A stretch of 64,000 nucleotides of DNA from Octopus sinensis (Eukaryota), in the NCBI RefSeq assembly GCF_006345805.1, contig NW_021832439.1:1-64000 (forward strand), written 5' to 3'. The notes beneath the pieces are model-generated. The model did no database searches. It had not been told where the DNA came from and saw only the letters and a list, made by a program, of their open reading frames with translations. Positions 1-13,533 of the stretch are shown here, piece by piece (within the stretch, counting starts at the first letter, position 1; each line of letters starts with the position of its first letter). Both the position numbers and the translations under genes were made by a program.

Positions 1-154
1 ACACATAAAATATATGTAGATACACACACATACACACACACACACAAGAAATTACTTATAGCTAAGTCTGCGAGTGCTTTTCTAGGTTGCTGCGTGTGGA
101 TTCTATAATGGTAATAAATAATAAATATATGAATAAATAAATAAATAATAAATA

Positions 155-560
155 AGGTGTGCAGGAGTGGCTGTGTGGTAAATAGATTGTTTTCCAACCA
201 CATGGTTCCGGGTTCATTCCCACTGCGTGACATCTTGGGCAACTTCCGTTCTACTATAGCCTCGGTCCAACAAAACCTTGTGAGTGGATTGGTTAACGGA
301 AACTGAAAGAAGCCCGTCGTATATATGTATATATATGTATGTATGTGTGTTTGTGTGTCTGTGTTTGTCCCCCTAGCATCGCTTGACAACCGGTGCTGGT
401 GTGCTTACACCCCCGTCACATTAGCGGTTCGGCAAAAGAGACCGATAGAATAAGTACTGGGCTTACAAAGAATAAGTCCCGGGGTCGTGTTGCTCGACTA
501 AAGGCGGTGCTCCAGCATAGCCACAGTCAAATGACTGAAACAAGTAAAAGAGTAAAAGAG
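155..560 (+). mobile_element. SINE family A (tRNA head, CORE-like box ccttgggcaagt, internal TA/TG tract, (AAAAGAGT)n tail)
   Basis: Full-length match to >15 other copies in the window. Confidence 0.9.
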
Positions 561-567
561 TAAATAA

Positions 568-628
<61 letters not shown>
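568..628 (+). repeat. (TG)n microsatellite
   Basis: About 30 units. Confidence 0.98.
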
Positions 629-633
<5 letters not shown>

Positions 634-1266
634 GTGGAAGAATCAAAGGGCTTTCTGGAGACATAGGCTCATAAGAACTGGTTTCCTTGATTCTGCGGTG
701 TGTGTATTCCCTCCTGGACGGGACGCCAATCCGTCGCGCGATTACTCACTTCTACCAGCTAAATGCATTGGACCAACGTAGAATGAAGCGTTCTTTTTTT
801 TTTTTTGCAACAACGCATTGCTCGGTCAGGGAATCGAAATCACAATCTAACGATCATGGATGCAACAATCTTATCCATTAAGCCACGTGCTTCCATTGTG
901 TGTGTCTGTGTTTGTGTGTGTGTGCGTGTGTGTGTCTCAGTGTGTGTGTGTGCACGTGCGTGTGTGTGTCTCTGTGTGTGTGTGCACGTACGTGTACGTT
1001 CTATATGTCTATGTACACATACACACACACACACACGCATATATATATATATAAATAAGAAAATGGAGAAACAAATTGAGTTTGTTCATCAACTTTCGGA
1101 TATTAGAATGTTGGATTATTTATTCATTTAACAAAATGAGAACCTCAATAGAATACATATATATCTTAAATTCAATACTTATAAGAAGAATCTGGGTACT
1201 TTACCAATAGTATATTGGATAAATACTATCCCATAGTGGGTTACACCCATTACCCCTATCTTACTT

Positions 1267-1303
<37 letters not shown>

Positions 1304-2015
1304 CTTATAAAATTAGGGCAAAAGAAAAAAATTCTAATGTCAAATATGCCGAAAATAGACAAATTGTCAATAACCATTATAATTTTATCACTATTAACAT
1401 GTATCTCGAAATAAGCCGATAGAAATTTCTAAAAAATTCCGTTATTACCGTTTTGGTCCCAATTTCAGAGTTAATTCACAAGAATTTTCTCCTCCTCAGC
1501 GATAAATACGTAAGACATAAATGAAATACTTACTCATACCCATGGAAAAAGCAAGCACTAAGTCCTGAGCAGACCTAAGTACCCCAAATATATCCAAAAT
1601 AGAAAATCTTCAGCATATCTCGGGACACGTGTGATTTGAACTAGAAACTTTCACAGAGTCACTTAGCGGTTCGGCAAAAGAGACCGATAGAATAAGTACT
1701 GGGCTTACAAAGAATAAGTCCCGGGGTTGATTTGCTCGACTAAAGGCGGTGCTCCAGCATGGCCGCAGTCAATGACTGAAACATGTAAAAGAGTAAAAGA
1801 GTAAAGAGAGAGTGAGAGAGTCCGGAAGTGAACACTATTAAATTTACATCTAATATCGGATAAAATTTTTCGAAAAAAAATTTATCAATGGTCAGCATAT
1901 TAAAAAATACCTTTAAAGGTTAAATTTATAAATAACTTATAAAATAAGGGCAAAAGAAAAAATTTCTAATGCCAAATATGCCGAAAATAGACAACTTGTC
2001 AATAACCATATAATT

Positions 2016-2085
<70 letters not shown>

Positions 2086-2977
2086 CACACAAGCATACAT
2101 TCATATCTATATATACATGGTGATTGTTCTTCTTCACAAATGATTGTGCTTCCTCGTTATCAATGGCACTTCTGACTTTTTTTCCATGACCCCTCAGATG
2201 ACAGTTTAGTCCCGCTGCAAATCTGCAGGGTTTGAATCACAAATGTCACACAAAGTTTGCAACTTCCGCTCAATCAATCAGGTCACTTTGTGATCTAAAT
2301 TAGTCTCTACCGATCAAAATTTCAAACGTTTCTATCTTTAAGTTGAACCTTCTCACTGGTTAAGTCCATACGGGTCACAACTCTTCCATCATCACAGCGC
2401 GCGCTTTCCGAAAATGGAATGACAAATGAGGTCACCATAATGTGTCATCTATATGTCACCGAATTATAGTGATAAACACTTGTACAACACAAGTACCACT
2501 TTCTGAGTTTCTGTGGTAAGAACCTAATGACAAACCGAAGCGAGAGTAATCATGTAAACCTGCAGTTTTAAAATTTGGCTGCATTTCAAACATCCAGTAG
2601 TCCAAGGGTTTGTTTGAAAGCTCGGAGCTTATGTTTCTTTGCATGGAATCATAACTACATGGCTTCTTTTTATCTACTTCAGATATGTCCACGGGGAGTC
2701 AGAATGTTGTGTTTTTCAGTTGTGCACAGTTGACAGTAATTACCGGAGCCGTTGTAGACGTTGCGATATTTTATTACGGAGTTGTTTGCCTTCTGGTCTT
2801 TCAGGGACCAAATATATTTCGAGAAGGAGGTGGCATATGTATGTGCGTGTTCGTATGTGTGTGTGTCCTTATGTAATTATACTCTACACCATGTATCGAG
2901 TACTTTTTCTTGCCCTTTAGAGACACACACACATATGTATATATGTATGCATGTATACACACACACAAACATATCTA

Positions 2978-3008
<31 letters not shown>

Positions 3009-3617
3009 TGCGTGTGGTGTATACACACACAAAAAATATATGTATGTATGTATGTATATACACACACACAATTATCAGAGCATGTTTTAATTACCTTTTC
3101 TTCTTGGTCGTTATAGACATGTGTGTACGTGTGTGTGTGTGTGTATGTATGTCCGTGCGTGCATGAACACACATACAAAGACCTACACACAAGCACGTGC
3201 ACACACACACCACAAATCCTATGCTAGCGAGAACGAGACAAAGCTTCTCTCTTCTCCGTCGCTAATAAACAATCATAAAAAGAGTTTTCACTCTGACGCT
3301 GATAAAATTATTATCGGTGATAACCCGGGGGTCATAATGTTTGACCTTTCCATTGGCGAGAGGTCAATGAATCGATAAAGGTCAACATCGTCGACCAATT
3401 TAAATAGATTGTCGTTATAACACATTACGGCATCTTGTGGAGTTTTAGGTGTGAAGGTACTGGTGGTGGTGGTGGTGGTGGTGGTTGTCTGTTGAAGTCA
3501 TGGATTGACGTTGTTGTTGATGATGACGATCATGATGATGATGAGGAGGAGGAGGGTGATAATGATGATAAAGTGTTTCTGACGATAGTTACCATCACTA
3601 CCACACAATTATTATTG

Positions 3618-3650
<33 letters not shown>

Positions 3651-3744
3651 AGGTGGTGAGCTGACAGAACCGTTAGCACGCCGGACGAAATGCATAGCGG
3701 CATTTCGTCCGTCGATACGTTCTGAATTCGTCGATTAGATCGAC

Positions 3745-4060
3745 CACAGTATGCAACTGCTACTTAATTTATCGACCCCGAAAGGATGAAAAGCTAAGTC
3801 AACCTCTGCGGAATTTGAACTCAGAATGTAAAGACAAACGAAATACCTATTTCTTTACTACGCACAAGGGGCTAAACACAGAGAGGACAAACAAGGACAG
3901 ACAAACGGATTAAGTCGATTATATCGACCCCAGTGCGTAACTGGTACTTATTTAATCGACCCCGAAAGGATGAAAGGCAAAGTCGACCTTGGCGGAATTT
4001 GAACTCAGAACATAAAGACAGACGAAATACCGCTAACGTTTCTGCCAGCTCGCCGTCTTA
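3745..4060 (-). mobile_element. SINE family B (aggcggcgagctggcaga head; gactttgcctttcatcctttcggggtcgataaa domain, internally duplicated)
   Basis: Matches the 6930, 46054 and 50245 copies. A + strand head of the same family lies at 3650-3730. Confidence 0.85.
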
Positions 4061-4836
4061 TAGTTAATGGTGATAGCTATTAACAATCACCTATCCGTGT
4101 CCATATGCTTCTCTCGCTCTCTCATTGGTTACCACATCGGGTCCCTCTTCTTTTCCTCTCCCCTCTGTTCCTAGTCGCAACCTTAATCCCCCTCCCGTAT
4201 TTTTTCTTTCTTCCCTAGTGATCACAATTACACATTTCCAGAAAACCTGACCTAACGAAGATCAACTCTCCTCTGTCACTCACCTGCGGGTCTGTCTCTC
4301 TTCAGAAGTTCAGTCGAAACCACATGGACACACGTGATATATCAGCAAATTTTTGACCATGGCTGAATTTTAAAATTTCCTACACTTCAGAGCTTCATCC
4401 GTGTCTCATCTTTTGTATCAGATAACTTTAGACGGCTATTAGATTGAATCATTACAGTATGCATTGACAGAGTTTCTCTCTTGTCTCTGGCAGAAATTTT
4501 ATGAACTTTTAGGTACTTACGAATGATACCACCCTTTACTCGTACACACTTCTAAATTAGACGAGCCAACGTCATCACTTGATCTTCTAAATGTAGCAAC
4601 CAAATCTCCCGAGGTTCATACCCGTCTAAAGAGAAGGGAAAAGACAATTTAGATAATGCAGTCCGGGTTTCCTTTACACAGAAATAAAAGATGGACATGG
4701 ATGCATTGCTTTTTATAGTATGTACGATCTATCAGCGATAACTAGAGACGATCCATCAAAAAACATAAATATCTGTATTTATGTACATTTATATATAACA
4801 TGTATAAACGTATATGAACATATATATATATATATA

Positions 4837-4964
4837 CACAAATATGAGAGAGAACCCACTTTGTGGACGCTCTTACAGAGAACAATTCTTAGTGGTTGAG
4901 TCCCTTTGCGGATCTATATCTAGCGTAAGAGCGTCCACATAGTGGATTCTCTCTCATATTTGAG
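4837..4964. mobile_element. 128-bp palindromic MITE (40-bp TIRs, TA-flanked)
   Basis: Arms 4837-4876 and 4925-4964 are reverse complements with ~3 mismatches. Confidence 0.75.
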
Positions 4965-5145
4965 TATTAATAATATTTACTGAATCTCAGTCTTTTATGC
5001 GCTAGACCACTGGTGTTTAAATTGATGTTATTAAATTAATATCCAATTTTTTCACCCTCATTTTGACTGTTTATATATATATATATATATAATAATAATA
5101 ATATATATATATATATATTTGTTAAACGGGATAGTAAACATTAAG

Positions 5146-5334
5146 GCGAGGCAAACATATACATATATATATGACGGGATTCCTTCAGTTTCCGTCTACC
5201 AGATCCAGTCTTGAGGCTTTGGTCGGCCCGACGTTATAGTAGAAGACACTTGAGCAAGGTGTCACGCAGTGGGACTGAACCCGGAACCATGAGGTTGGGA
5301 AGCGAGCTTCTTACCACACAGCCACGCCTGCGCC
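5146..5334 (-). mobile_element. SINE family A, 5' half
   Basis: Reverse-complement match; head-to-head with the 5437 copy. Confidence 0.8.
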
Positions 5335-5436
5335 ATTTTGTAATATGATGTTTATCTTTCGCTGCCAATCAACGCAGTTGCTTTCAATTTCTGCGACAAG
5401 TTTTATGTACAAAGAGCGAAAAATCAACGGAATCGT

Positions 5437-5602
5437 AGGCGCAGGAGTGGTTGTGTGGTAAGTAGCTTGTTTACCAACCACACGGTTCCGGGTTCACTCC
5501 CACTGCGTGGTACCTTGGGCAAGTGTCTTCTGCTATAGCCTCGGGCCGACCAAAGCCTTGTGAGTGGATTTGGTAGACGGAAACTGAAAGAAGCCCGTCA
5601 TA

Positions 5603-5648
<46 letters not shown>

Positions 5649-5870
5649 ATATATGCGTGTGTGTGTTTGTGTGTCTGTGTTTGTCCCCCTAGCATTGCTT
5701 GACAACCGATGCTGGTGTGTTTACGTCCCCGTTACTTAGCGGTTCGGCAAAAGAGACCGATAGAATAAGTACTGGGCTTACAAAAAGAATAAGTCCCGGG
5801 GTCGAGTTACTCGACTAAAGGCAGTGCTCCAGCATGGCCGCAATCAAATGGCTGAAACAAGTAAAAGAGT
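5437..5870 (+). mobile_element. SINE family A
   Basis: Full-length copy. Confidence 0.9.
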
Positions 5871-6293
5871 AATATAATTTCCAACCAAATGTGGCGTCCC
5901 CCTCGCAAATACTAACCGGACACCGAATGTGTGTCGTTAGCCAGCTGGAAGAGATGTCTTCCTGGGGCTATAAACGTCAGTTGCACTGTCCTGTATAGGA
6001 CGCCACACTTGGTTGGCAATTATATGTTACGATTCCGTATTGCTACTGTTTATATTTCACTCAGAGCTTTAATATAGCTAATTTAAATATTTTTAGCTTT
6101 AGACGAACAACAAAAAAAAACATTTAAAATAACTTCAGTCAAGAGTCGCTTCCCTTGAAAAACCAAGGGAGGCTACTTGCTTATTTTTTCTGCCTGGATC
6201 CAAATTTTGTTGCTACTTTTGTTATATCATCTATCTGTCTGAATGTTTTATTGCACTCTATTGCGTCTTTGGTCCATCTGCATAAATATATAC

Positions 6294-6696
6294 AGTGGCT
6301 GTGTGGTAAGTAGCTTGCTTACCAACCACATGGTTCCGAGTTCGGTCCCACTGCGTGGTACCTTGGGCAAGTGTCTTCTGCTATAGCCCCGGGCCGACCA
6401 ATGCCTTGTGAGTGGATTTGGTAGACGGAAACTGAAAGAAGCCTGTCGTATACATGTATATATATGTATGCATGTGTGTGTATACGTTTGTATGTCTGTG
6501 TTTGTCCCCTAGCATTGCTTGACAACCGATGCTGGTGTGTTTACGTCCCCGTCACATTAGCGGTTCGGCAAAATAGACCGATAGAATAAGTACTGGGCTT
6601 ACTAAGAATAAGTCCCGGGGTCGATTTGCTTGACTATAGGCGGTGCTCCAGCATGGCCGCAGTCAAATGACTGAAACAAGTAAAAGAGTAAAGGAG
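6294..6696 (+). mobile_element. SINE family A
   Basis: Near full-length copy. Confidence 0.9.
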
Positions 6697-6929
6697 TATG
6701 TGTGTGGTGTGTGTGTATGCGAGCTTTTTTTCAGTTTCCATCTATAAAATCCACTCACAAGCGTTTGGTTGTCCCTAGGTTATAAAATACCTGCCCGAGG
6801 TGGTATGCAGTAGGGCTGAACTTGGAACCTTGCGATTGGAAAGCAAACTTCTTACAACGCGGCCATACCGGCGCAGACAGACAGTAGTTAGAGCAGCCGA
6901 CAGACTGCATTGCAATATTTGTTGTGGCT

Positions 6930-7325
6930 AAGGCGGCGAGCTGGCAGACACCTTAGCACGCCGGCCGAAATGCGTAGCCGTATTTCGTCTGCCGTTACTT
7001 TCTGAGTTCAAATTCCGCCGAGGTTGACTTTGCCTTTCATCCTTTCGGGGTCGATAAATTAAGTACCAGTTACGCACCGGGGGCGATGTAATCGACTTAA
7101 TCCCTTTGTCTGTCCTTGTTTGTCCCCTCTGTGTTTAGCCCCTTGTAGGTAGTAAAGAAATAGAAATAGGCATTTCGTGACTTTACGTTCTGAGTTCAAA
7201 TTCCTCCGAAGTGGAGTTTGCCTTTCATCCTTTCAGGGTCGATAAATTAAGTGCCTGTTGAATATTGGGGTCGATCTAATCGACTGGACCCCTCCCCGAA
7301 AATTTCGGGCCTTGTACCTAAAGTC
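6930..7325 (+). mobile_element. SINE family B
   Basis: Head with A/B-box-like motifs and a duplicated central domain. Confidence 0.88.
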
Positions 7326-8841
7326 GAAGAGTATTTGTTCTGGATCTGTGCTTCCAGAGTTCAATACCGGCCGAGGTCAACTTTGCCTTTCAACCTTTCA
7401 GTCTTGATAAAATAAAGTACAAGCACCAATACACACACACTCTATCTCTCTCCTAACCTTCACAAATCTCTGACGCTCCACTGGTTCAAAGATGGAACAC
7501 CAAGAGGTTACCGCGTGCGTTCGCAACTACACAAACACCAAAAACCCTCAGCGAGAGTATGCCCCATACTGCGAGCTAGTGTCCACACACAAACATTAAC
7601 TCTTCTCTGTAAGAGAGAAAAGAATGATGTTGTGATGTTTATGCCTTTCCCGAAATATTCTTACAAAGGTAACTGGTTGCAGTGTGTGCATACAGCTTAC
7701 AGATCCACAATGGCACTAGTCAAGTAGTTAACATAAAATTATTGCGGTTATCTCCCTTAGAAAGTATTATCACCTGAAGAGTTACTTCCCCTTATGAAAC
7801 ACTATTTTTTATGAATGGTGTTTGACATGCTGTAAATAATAGCCAATTTCCACACAAACATGTTGATACCTCAAGGATTGATTAGTCTAAGGATACAAGG
7901 GTGGAGTAAGATGTAAAGAGGAAACGTGCTGTCCAATCTGCTAGAAATAACAGCCACAATCACTCACCATAAACCATGGAAGAGGAAACTGGATAACTTT
8001 GCTTTTTTTTAATTTATATTCTAGTTAAGAGTGTTGGCCCTATGCAAACCCATTTTGACCTCTGGCAAAAGGTGGTCCATAAAGTCTGGCCGCTAGCCTT
8101 GGACCTGTCCACTATGGGTGACCCTACAAAGAACTTGCCCTCAACTGGCACAACTCTCTGGGTCACTAAGGCACACAAATCACAACCCCATAGCCACAGT
8201 AAGGACTGGTCCTTGTGGAAGGCTGTGCTAGCCTTTCTTTCATATATTGACACCAGGTCATGTAATGAAAAGGAAGAGGTATATAACAAATCCAACAGAA
8301 CCCAAGAATATTACTGGTACGGTACATATTTTTATCAACCAAACAAGATTTAAACTGAAAACATGAGAAGGGCCCAACAGCTAATTAATACCACTATCAT
8401 AATTACCATAATTAGTATAAGTGTAATTACCATCATTTTTACATTGTTTTTCATGCTCATATGACTTGGACAGTATTTATTGAGGCAGATTTTCTATGGC
8501 GAGATACCCTTCCGAGTGCCAACCCTCGGCCGTTTCCAAGCAAGGCAATATCCACCGATGGCCAGACATATTTCCATGGAAGATTGGGAGAAAAAGCACA
8601 CTGCTTGTATGAGGGTGACGCTTGTTTACAACAAGCACATGAAGTCAAGGCAAAGAGACACTAACACAAACACGCAATCATAAACACACATATTCTTTTC
8701 TTTTACTTGTTTCAGTCGTTTGACTGTGGCCATGCTGGAGCACCACCTTTGGTCAAACTAATCAACCCCAAGGCTTATTCTTGGTAAGCTGAAATGTGTT
8801 AACAACAAATATCCGTCAAATGTAAATAATGTACATAATTA

Positions 8842-9001
8842 GCAGGAGTGGCTGTGTGGTAAGTAGCTTGCTAACCAACCACATGGTTCCAGATTCAGTA
8901 CCACTGTGTGGCATCCTGGACAAGTGTCTTCTGCTATAGCCCCGGGCCGACCAATGCCTTGTGTGTGGATTTGGTTAACGGAAACTTAAAGAAGCCTGTC
9001 G

Positions 9002-9052
<51 letters not shown>

Positions 9053-9270
9053 ATGTGTGTGTGTTTGTGTCTATGTTTGTCCCCTTAGCATTGCTTGACA
9101 ACCGATGCTAGTGTGTTTACGTCCCCATCACTTAGCAGTTCGGCAAAAGAGACCGATAGAATAAGTACTGGGCTTACAAAGAATAAGTCCCGGGGTCGAT
9201 TTCCTCGACTAAAGGTGGTGCTCCAGCATGGCCGCAGTCAAATGACTGAAACAAGTAAAAGAGTAAAGAG
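8842..9270 (+). mobile_element. SINE family A
   Basis: Full-length copy. Confidence 0.9.
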
Positions 9271-9403
9271 TATAATTTACACAATTCCTCAATATAGAAC
9301 AGGTAGCTGTATGTCTGGTTTTAGGAGGTGAAGTATGATAGAGGGACAAGCACGGGGGTGTTTTACTATAAAGGAGATTACATGACTATTCTGCTTCATG
9401 TTA

Positions 9404-10790
9404 AGGTGGGAAGGTTGAAAAGTTGATAGGCTGACCAGGATATTACTCTCCAGGAATGCGACCAAATGAAGTTTATTTTTCAGTATAGTTCCCTTTGCAG
9501 TTCACACACTTCGTCCATCGGTGCGGCAGTGTTTGGATCCCTACGATGAGAAAGCGTTCATCCGGTTGGTCAAGAGTCATCTACAACAAATATGACATCA
9601 TCATCACCATCAGGTGCAGGAGTGGCTGCGTGGTAAGTATCTTGCTTACCAACCACATGGTTCTTAGTTCAGTCCCACTGTGTGGCACCTTGGGCAAGTG
9701 TCTTCTACTATAGCCTCAGGCCGACCAAAGCCTTGTGAGTGGATTTGGTAGATGGAAACTGAAAGAAGCCCATCGTATATGTATGTGTGTGTGTGTGTGT
9801 GTGTGTATATTGTGTGTGTATGTATGTATATATATATATATGTATGTATGAGTGTGTGTTTATCCCCCCAACATCGCTTGACAACCGATGCTGGTGTGTT
9901 TATGTCCTTGTAACTTAGTGGTTCAGCAAAAGAGACTGATGGAATAAGTACTAGGCTTACAAAGAATAAGTCCTGGGGTCGATTTGCTCGACTACAGACG
10001 GTGCTCCAGCATGGCCACAGTCAAATGACTGAAACAAGTAAAAGAGCATCATCATCACCATCTGTGATACTGGTCCCTAGCCAAGTGTTTCTTCATTTTG
10101 GGGAACAAATGATAGTCAGATGGGGACAAAACCAGAATAGGGAGACTGATCAACAAGTTGAAAGCCACATTCATGCACAGCAGCCATTGAAACCGAGTAT
10201 TGTTCTGATGAAACAAGACCCATTTTGTCAGTTTTCCTGGGTGTTTGGTCTTGATAGCCCTTCGTAACTCCCTCAGCAAGTTGGCATAGCACTCTCCATT
10301 GATGGTGTGGCCCTTTTGAAGATAGTCAATAAACACAATGCTTTTTACATCCCAGGAAAACTGAAGCCATTACCTCCACATCAGAAGGTTCGTTGTGCAG
10401 AATATTCTCAACTCTCTCATGCGATATGCTAATAGCATTGGCTATTTGATTGATACCCAATCACCTGTAATCCATCACCATTCCGTGAACACAATCAATA
10501 TTTCCGCCTTGGTGGTGACAGTTGCAGGACGTCCAGACCCAGGGGTCATCTTCAAGACTCTCCCTTCTCCTCCTAAATCCAGCCGTCCACTTTTGCACTG
10601 TTGATAAAGCTGGAGCATGATCCCCTAATGTAACAACCATGTCTGCATAAATGCCCTCGTGGAATAAACCCTTTGTTTTCTGCAGGTACTTTATAACACC
10701 ATGATGCCAAATTTTATCGATTTTCATGAGAAGTTGCTACGAATTACTTCTGAAGTGTTTTTTATACAGTCAGATGTCAGTTTACCTGGA
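9404..10790 (-). mobile_element. Decayed, internally deleted mariner transposon (irritans/Himar1-like), interrupted by a SINE
   Basis: ORF 10461-10727 resembles the mariner N-terminus (VIKYL...TVQKW...SLEDDP). ORF 10055-10336 has IDYLQKGHTING..Y..LL..L...VLFHQ.N, the region around the second catalytic Asp. A TIR-like ggttgaaaagt is at ~9414. Confidence 0.85.
9612..10046 (+). mobile_element. SINE family A with 16-bp TSD, inside the mariner
   Basis: catcatcatcaccatc at 9596-9611 and 10047-10062. Confidence 0.92.
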
Positions 10791-11310
10791 AAGAAACATG
10801 TCTATATCATCATCATCATGACTTTCGGATGCATTTTTTCACACTAAGAGTTGCTGAAGCATGGAACAAACTGCCGGCATCAGTTGTTAGTTGTCGGAGC
10901 ACTGTATCCTTCAAAACTTCCATGCTTTCTGAGATCGCCAACACTACACCTGATTTTCTCCCCTCCATACACACGCAAGCATGTATCTGACTCATACACT
11001 GTTCACTTCCCAGGCATTTGTACATTACTGCATGTACTTTATACGCACTTTCTGACAAGTTGTGGTGCACCTGAGCACTGTATACAATAATTTCATTATT
11101 ATTATTTTATTATAAACAATGCCATTATTAATAAGAAGGGTTGAAATCAATGCATGCAAGACTTCACAGCTCTAGCATCACTCCTCCACAATCAGCCTAT
11201 GAATTTTTGAGCCCACCTTCATGTGTGTGTGTGTACATAATATATACACATATATACACATGTATGAGCTTATTTCTATGCCAATATATATACATATATG
11301 TATATATATT

Positions 11311-11944
11311 GGCACATGTAAAGCACCCACTACACTCTCGGAGTGGTTGGCATTAGGAAGGGCATCCAGCTGTAGAAACTCTGCCAGATCAGATTGGAGC
11401 CTGGTGCAGCCTTCTGGTTCGCCAGTCCTCAGTCAAATCGTCCAACCCATGCTAGCATGGAAAGCAGACGTTAAACGATGATGATGATACATACATATAT
11501 ATATATATATATAGAAAACCATCCGAACGTGGCCGTAGCCAGTACCGCATCGACTGGCCTCCGTGCTGTGGGCACGTAACAAACACCATCCGATTGTGGC
11601 CGTTTGCCAGCCTCATCTGGCACCTGTGTCGGTGGCACATAAAAACACCATCCGAGCGTGGCCGTCTGCCAGCCTCGTCTGGCACCTGTGTCGGTGGCAC
11701 ATAAAAAACACCATCCGAGCGTGGCCGTTTGCCAGCCTCGTCTGGCACCTGTGTCGGTGGCACATAAAATCACCCACTACACTCTCGGAGTGGTTGGCAT
11801 TAGGAAGGGCATCCAGCTGTAGAAACACTGCCAGATCTGACTGGACCTGACGAAGCCTTCCAGCTTCACAGACCCCAGTTGACCCGTCCAACCCATGCTA
11901 GCATGGAAAGCGGACGCTAAACGATGATGATGATGATGATGATG
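11311..11944 (+). mobile_element. Two tandem family C retroposon copies ((GAT)n tail; the second has 61-63-bp internal repeats)
   Basis: Shared 3' end aagcacccactacactctcggagtggttggc...aaagcggacgttaaacgatgatg. Confidence 0.85.
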
Positions 11945-12149
11945 TATATATATATATTGGGTTGGTGCATAATTAACAACTATTTTATAATTTATTTACA
12001 ACGGTTTTAGAATTTGAAAAAAGTCGTTAATTATGTATATAAATGAATATTTTTAAATGTAATTTGACATAGAGACAAACATTGGTATAACAACTGCATT
12101 GTGATGCGAGGATAGTTGGAAGTTGCAGGCAACATTTTCCTTATAAGAG

Positions 12150-12167
12150 AGAGAAAGAGAGAGAGAG

Positions 12168-12219
<52 letters not shown>

Positions 12220-12481
12220 AGTGAGAGAGTATGAGAAAGAGAAAGTGTGTGAATGAGAGTGTGTGTGTGTGTGTGTGAGAGAGTGTGTGAGAGAGTGTGA
12301 CGGAGAGAGTGAGAGAGAGAAAGTGTGAGAGTGTGTGAATGAGAAAGAGAGAAAGTGTGTGAATGAGTGTGAGTGTGTGTGTGTGTGAGTGCATGTGTGT
12401 GTGAGAGTGTATGTGTGCGAGAGAGAGAATGTGCATGAGAGTGTGTGTGTGCGTGCATGTAACTCCAAGTGCATAAGAGAG

Positions 12482-12530
<49 letters not shown>
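12150..12530 (+). repeat. Compound (GA)/(GT) microsatellite
   Basis: Directly visible. Confidence 0.95.
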
Positions 12531-13309
12531 ATCAGTCTATTGGCTAGGCCAGTATTTCCCAGCCTTACTTTTCCCCCCACAGGCCCCACTGTAATTTTCC
12601 AGAAAAATCTATGCCCCACTGGTAGTCAGAAACATACGAAAGTGGAGAATGTTTGCTGTGAAAAAAAAACAAAGAAAAACATTTTCAAAATTCCCTGTCT
12701 CACCTAAAAAAAAAAATTCTTTTTATCCCACGCCCCCCCCTACTGCAATTTTCCCCAGGCCCCACCGATGGGGTGTATGTCTCACATTGAGAATCATTGA
12801 GCAAGACCATCAGCTGTCGTTTGATGGTCACAATGCTTCCTCACAATGATGTGGCGCTTGAATGATGTCACCCTTGCGCTTGGCCAGGTGAGCAGGCCAG
12901 CATTTCCCCTAGAATGGAACATCAGTCCGTCGCAAGGTTACCTGCTTACAGCTGAGCAGACTGGAGCAACATGAAATGAAGAGTCTTGCTGAAGAACACG
13001 ATGCACTTGCCCAGTCCAGGAATCGAACCCAGAATCTCATCGTTGTGACTGCAATACCCTAGCCATGCATACATGCGTGTGTGTGTGGGTGGGTGAGTGT
13101 GACTGTTTTTATGTCTATGTCTTGTCTTGCCATCGTGAGAGTCGTAAGCGAGTGTCACCGTCATACAAGCAGTGTGTAATTCCAATCTTCTACAAAAACA
13201 TGTCTGGCCATGAAGAAACAGTGAGCTGCTGACAGGAAGGAGATAGACAAAAAAACCATAGCAAATCTGCCTCATGCAAGCACAGAAAAGTGGATTTATG
13301 GGTTTAATG

Positions 13310-13431
13310 ACCCTGAAAGGATGAAAGGCAAAGTCAACCTCGGCGGAATTTGAACTCAGAACGTAGCAGCAGACGAAATACCGCCAAGCATTTCGCCTGG
13401 CATGCTAACAATTCTGCCATCCCGCCACCTT
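13310..13431 (-). mobile_element. SINE family B, 5' fragment
   Basis: Reverse-complement match to the head. Confidence 0.75.
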
Positions 13432-13527
13432 AATGATAATGATGATGATAATAATAATAATAATAATAATAATCATAGTGATTTCTTTCTTTTTGCAATA
13501 ATAATAAACATGAAATTAACTTCCATA

Positions 13528-13533
13528 TTTATT
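13528..13533 (-). terminator. Candidate polyadenylation signal AATAAA
   Basis: tttatt on + lies ~550 nt after the stop codon, in AT-rich UTR-like sequence, followed by a U-rich tract on the minus strand. Confidence 0.45.

Noticed and set aside
8014-8353. Overlapping ~100-aa ORFs on both strands in non-repetitive-looking DNA
   Set aside because: No recognisable motif or splice support. It may be an old LINE remnant but cannot be supported by eye.
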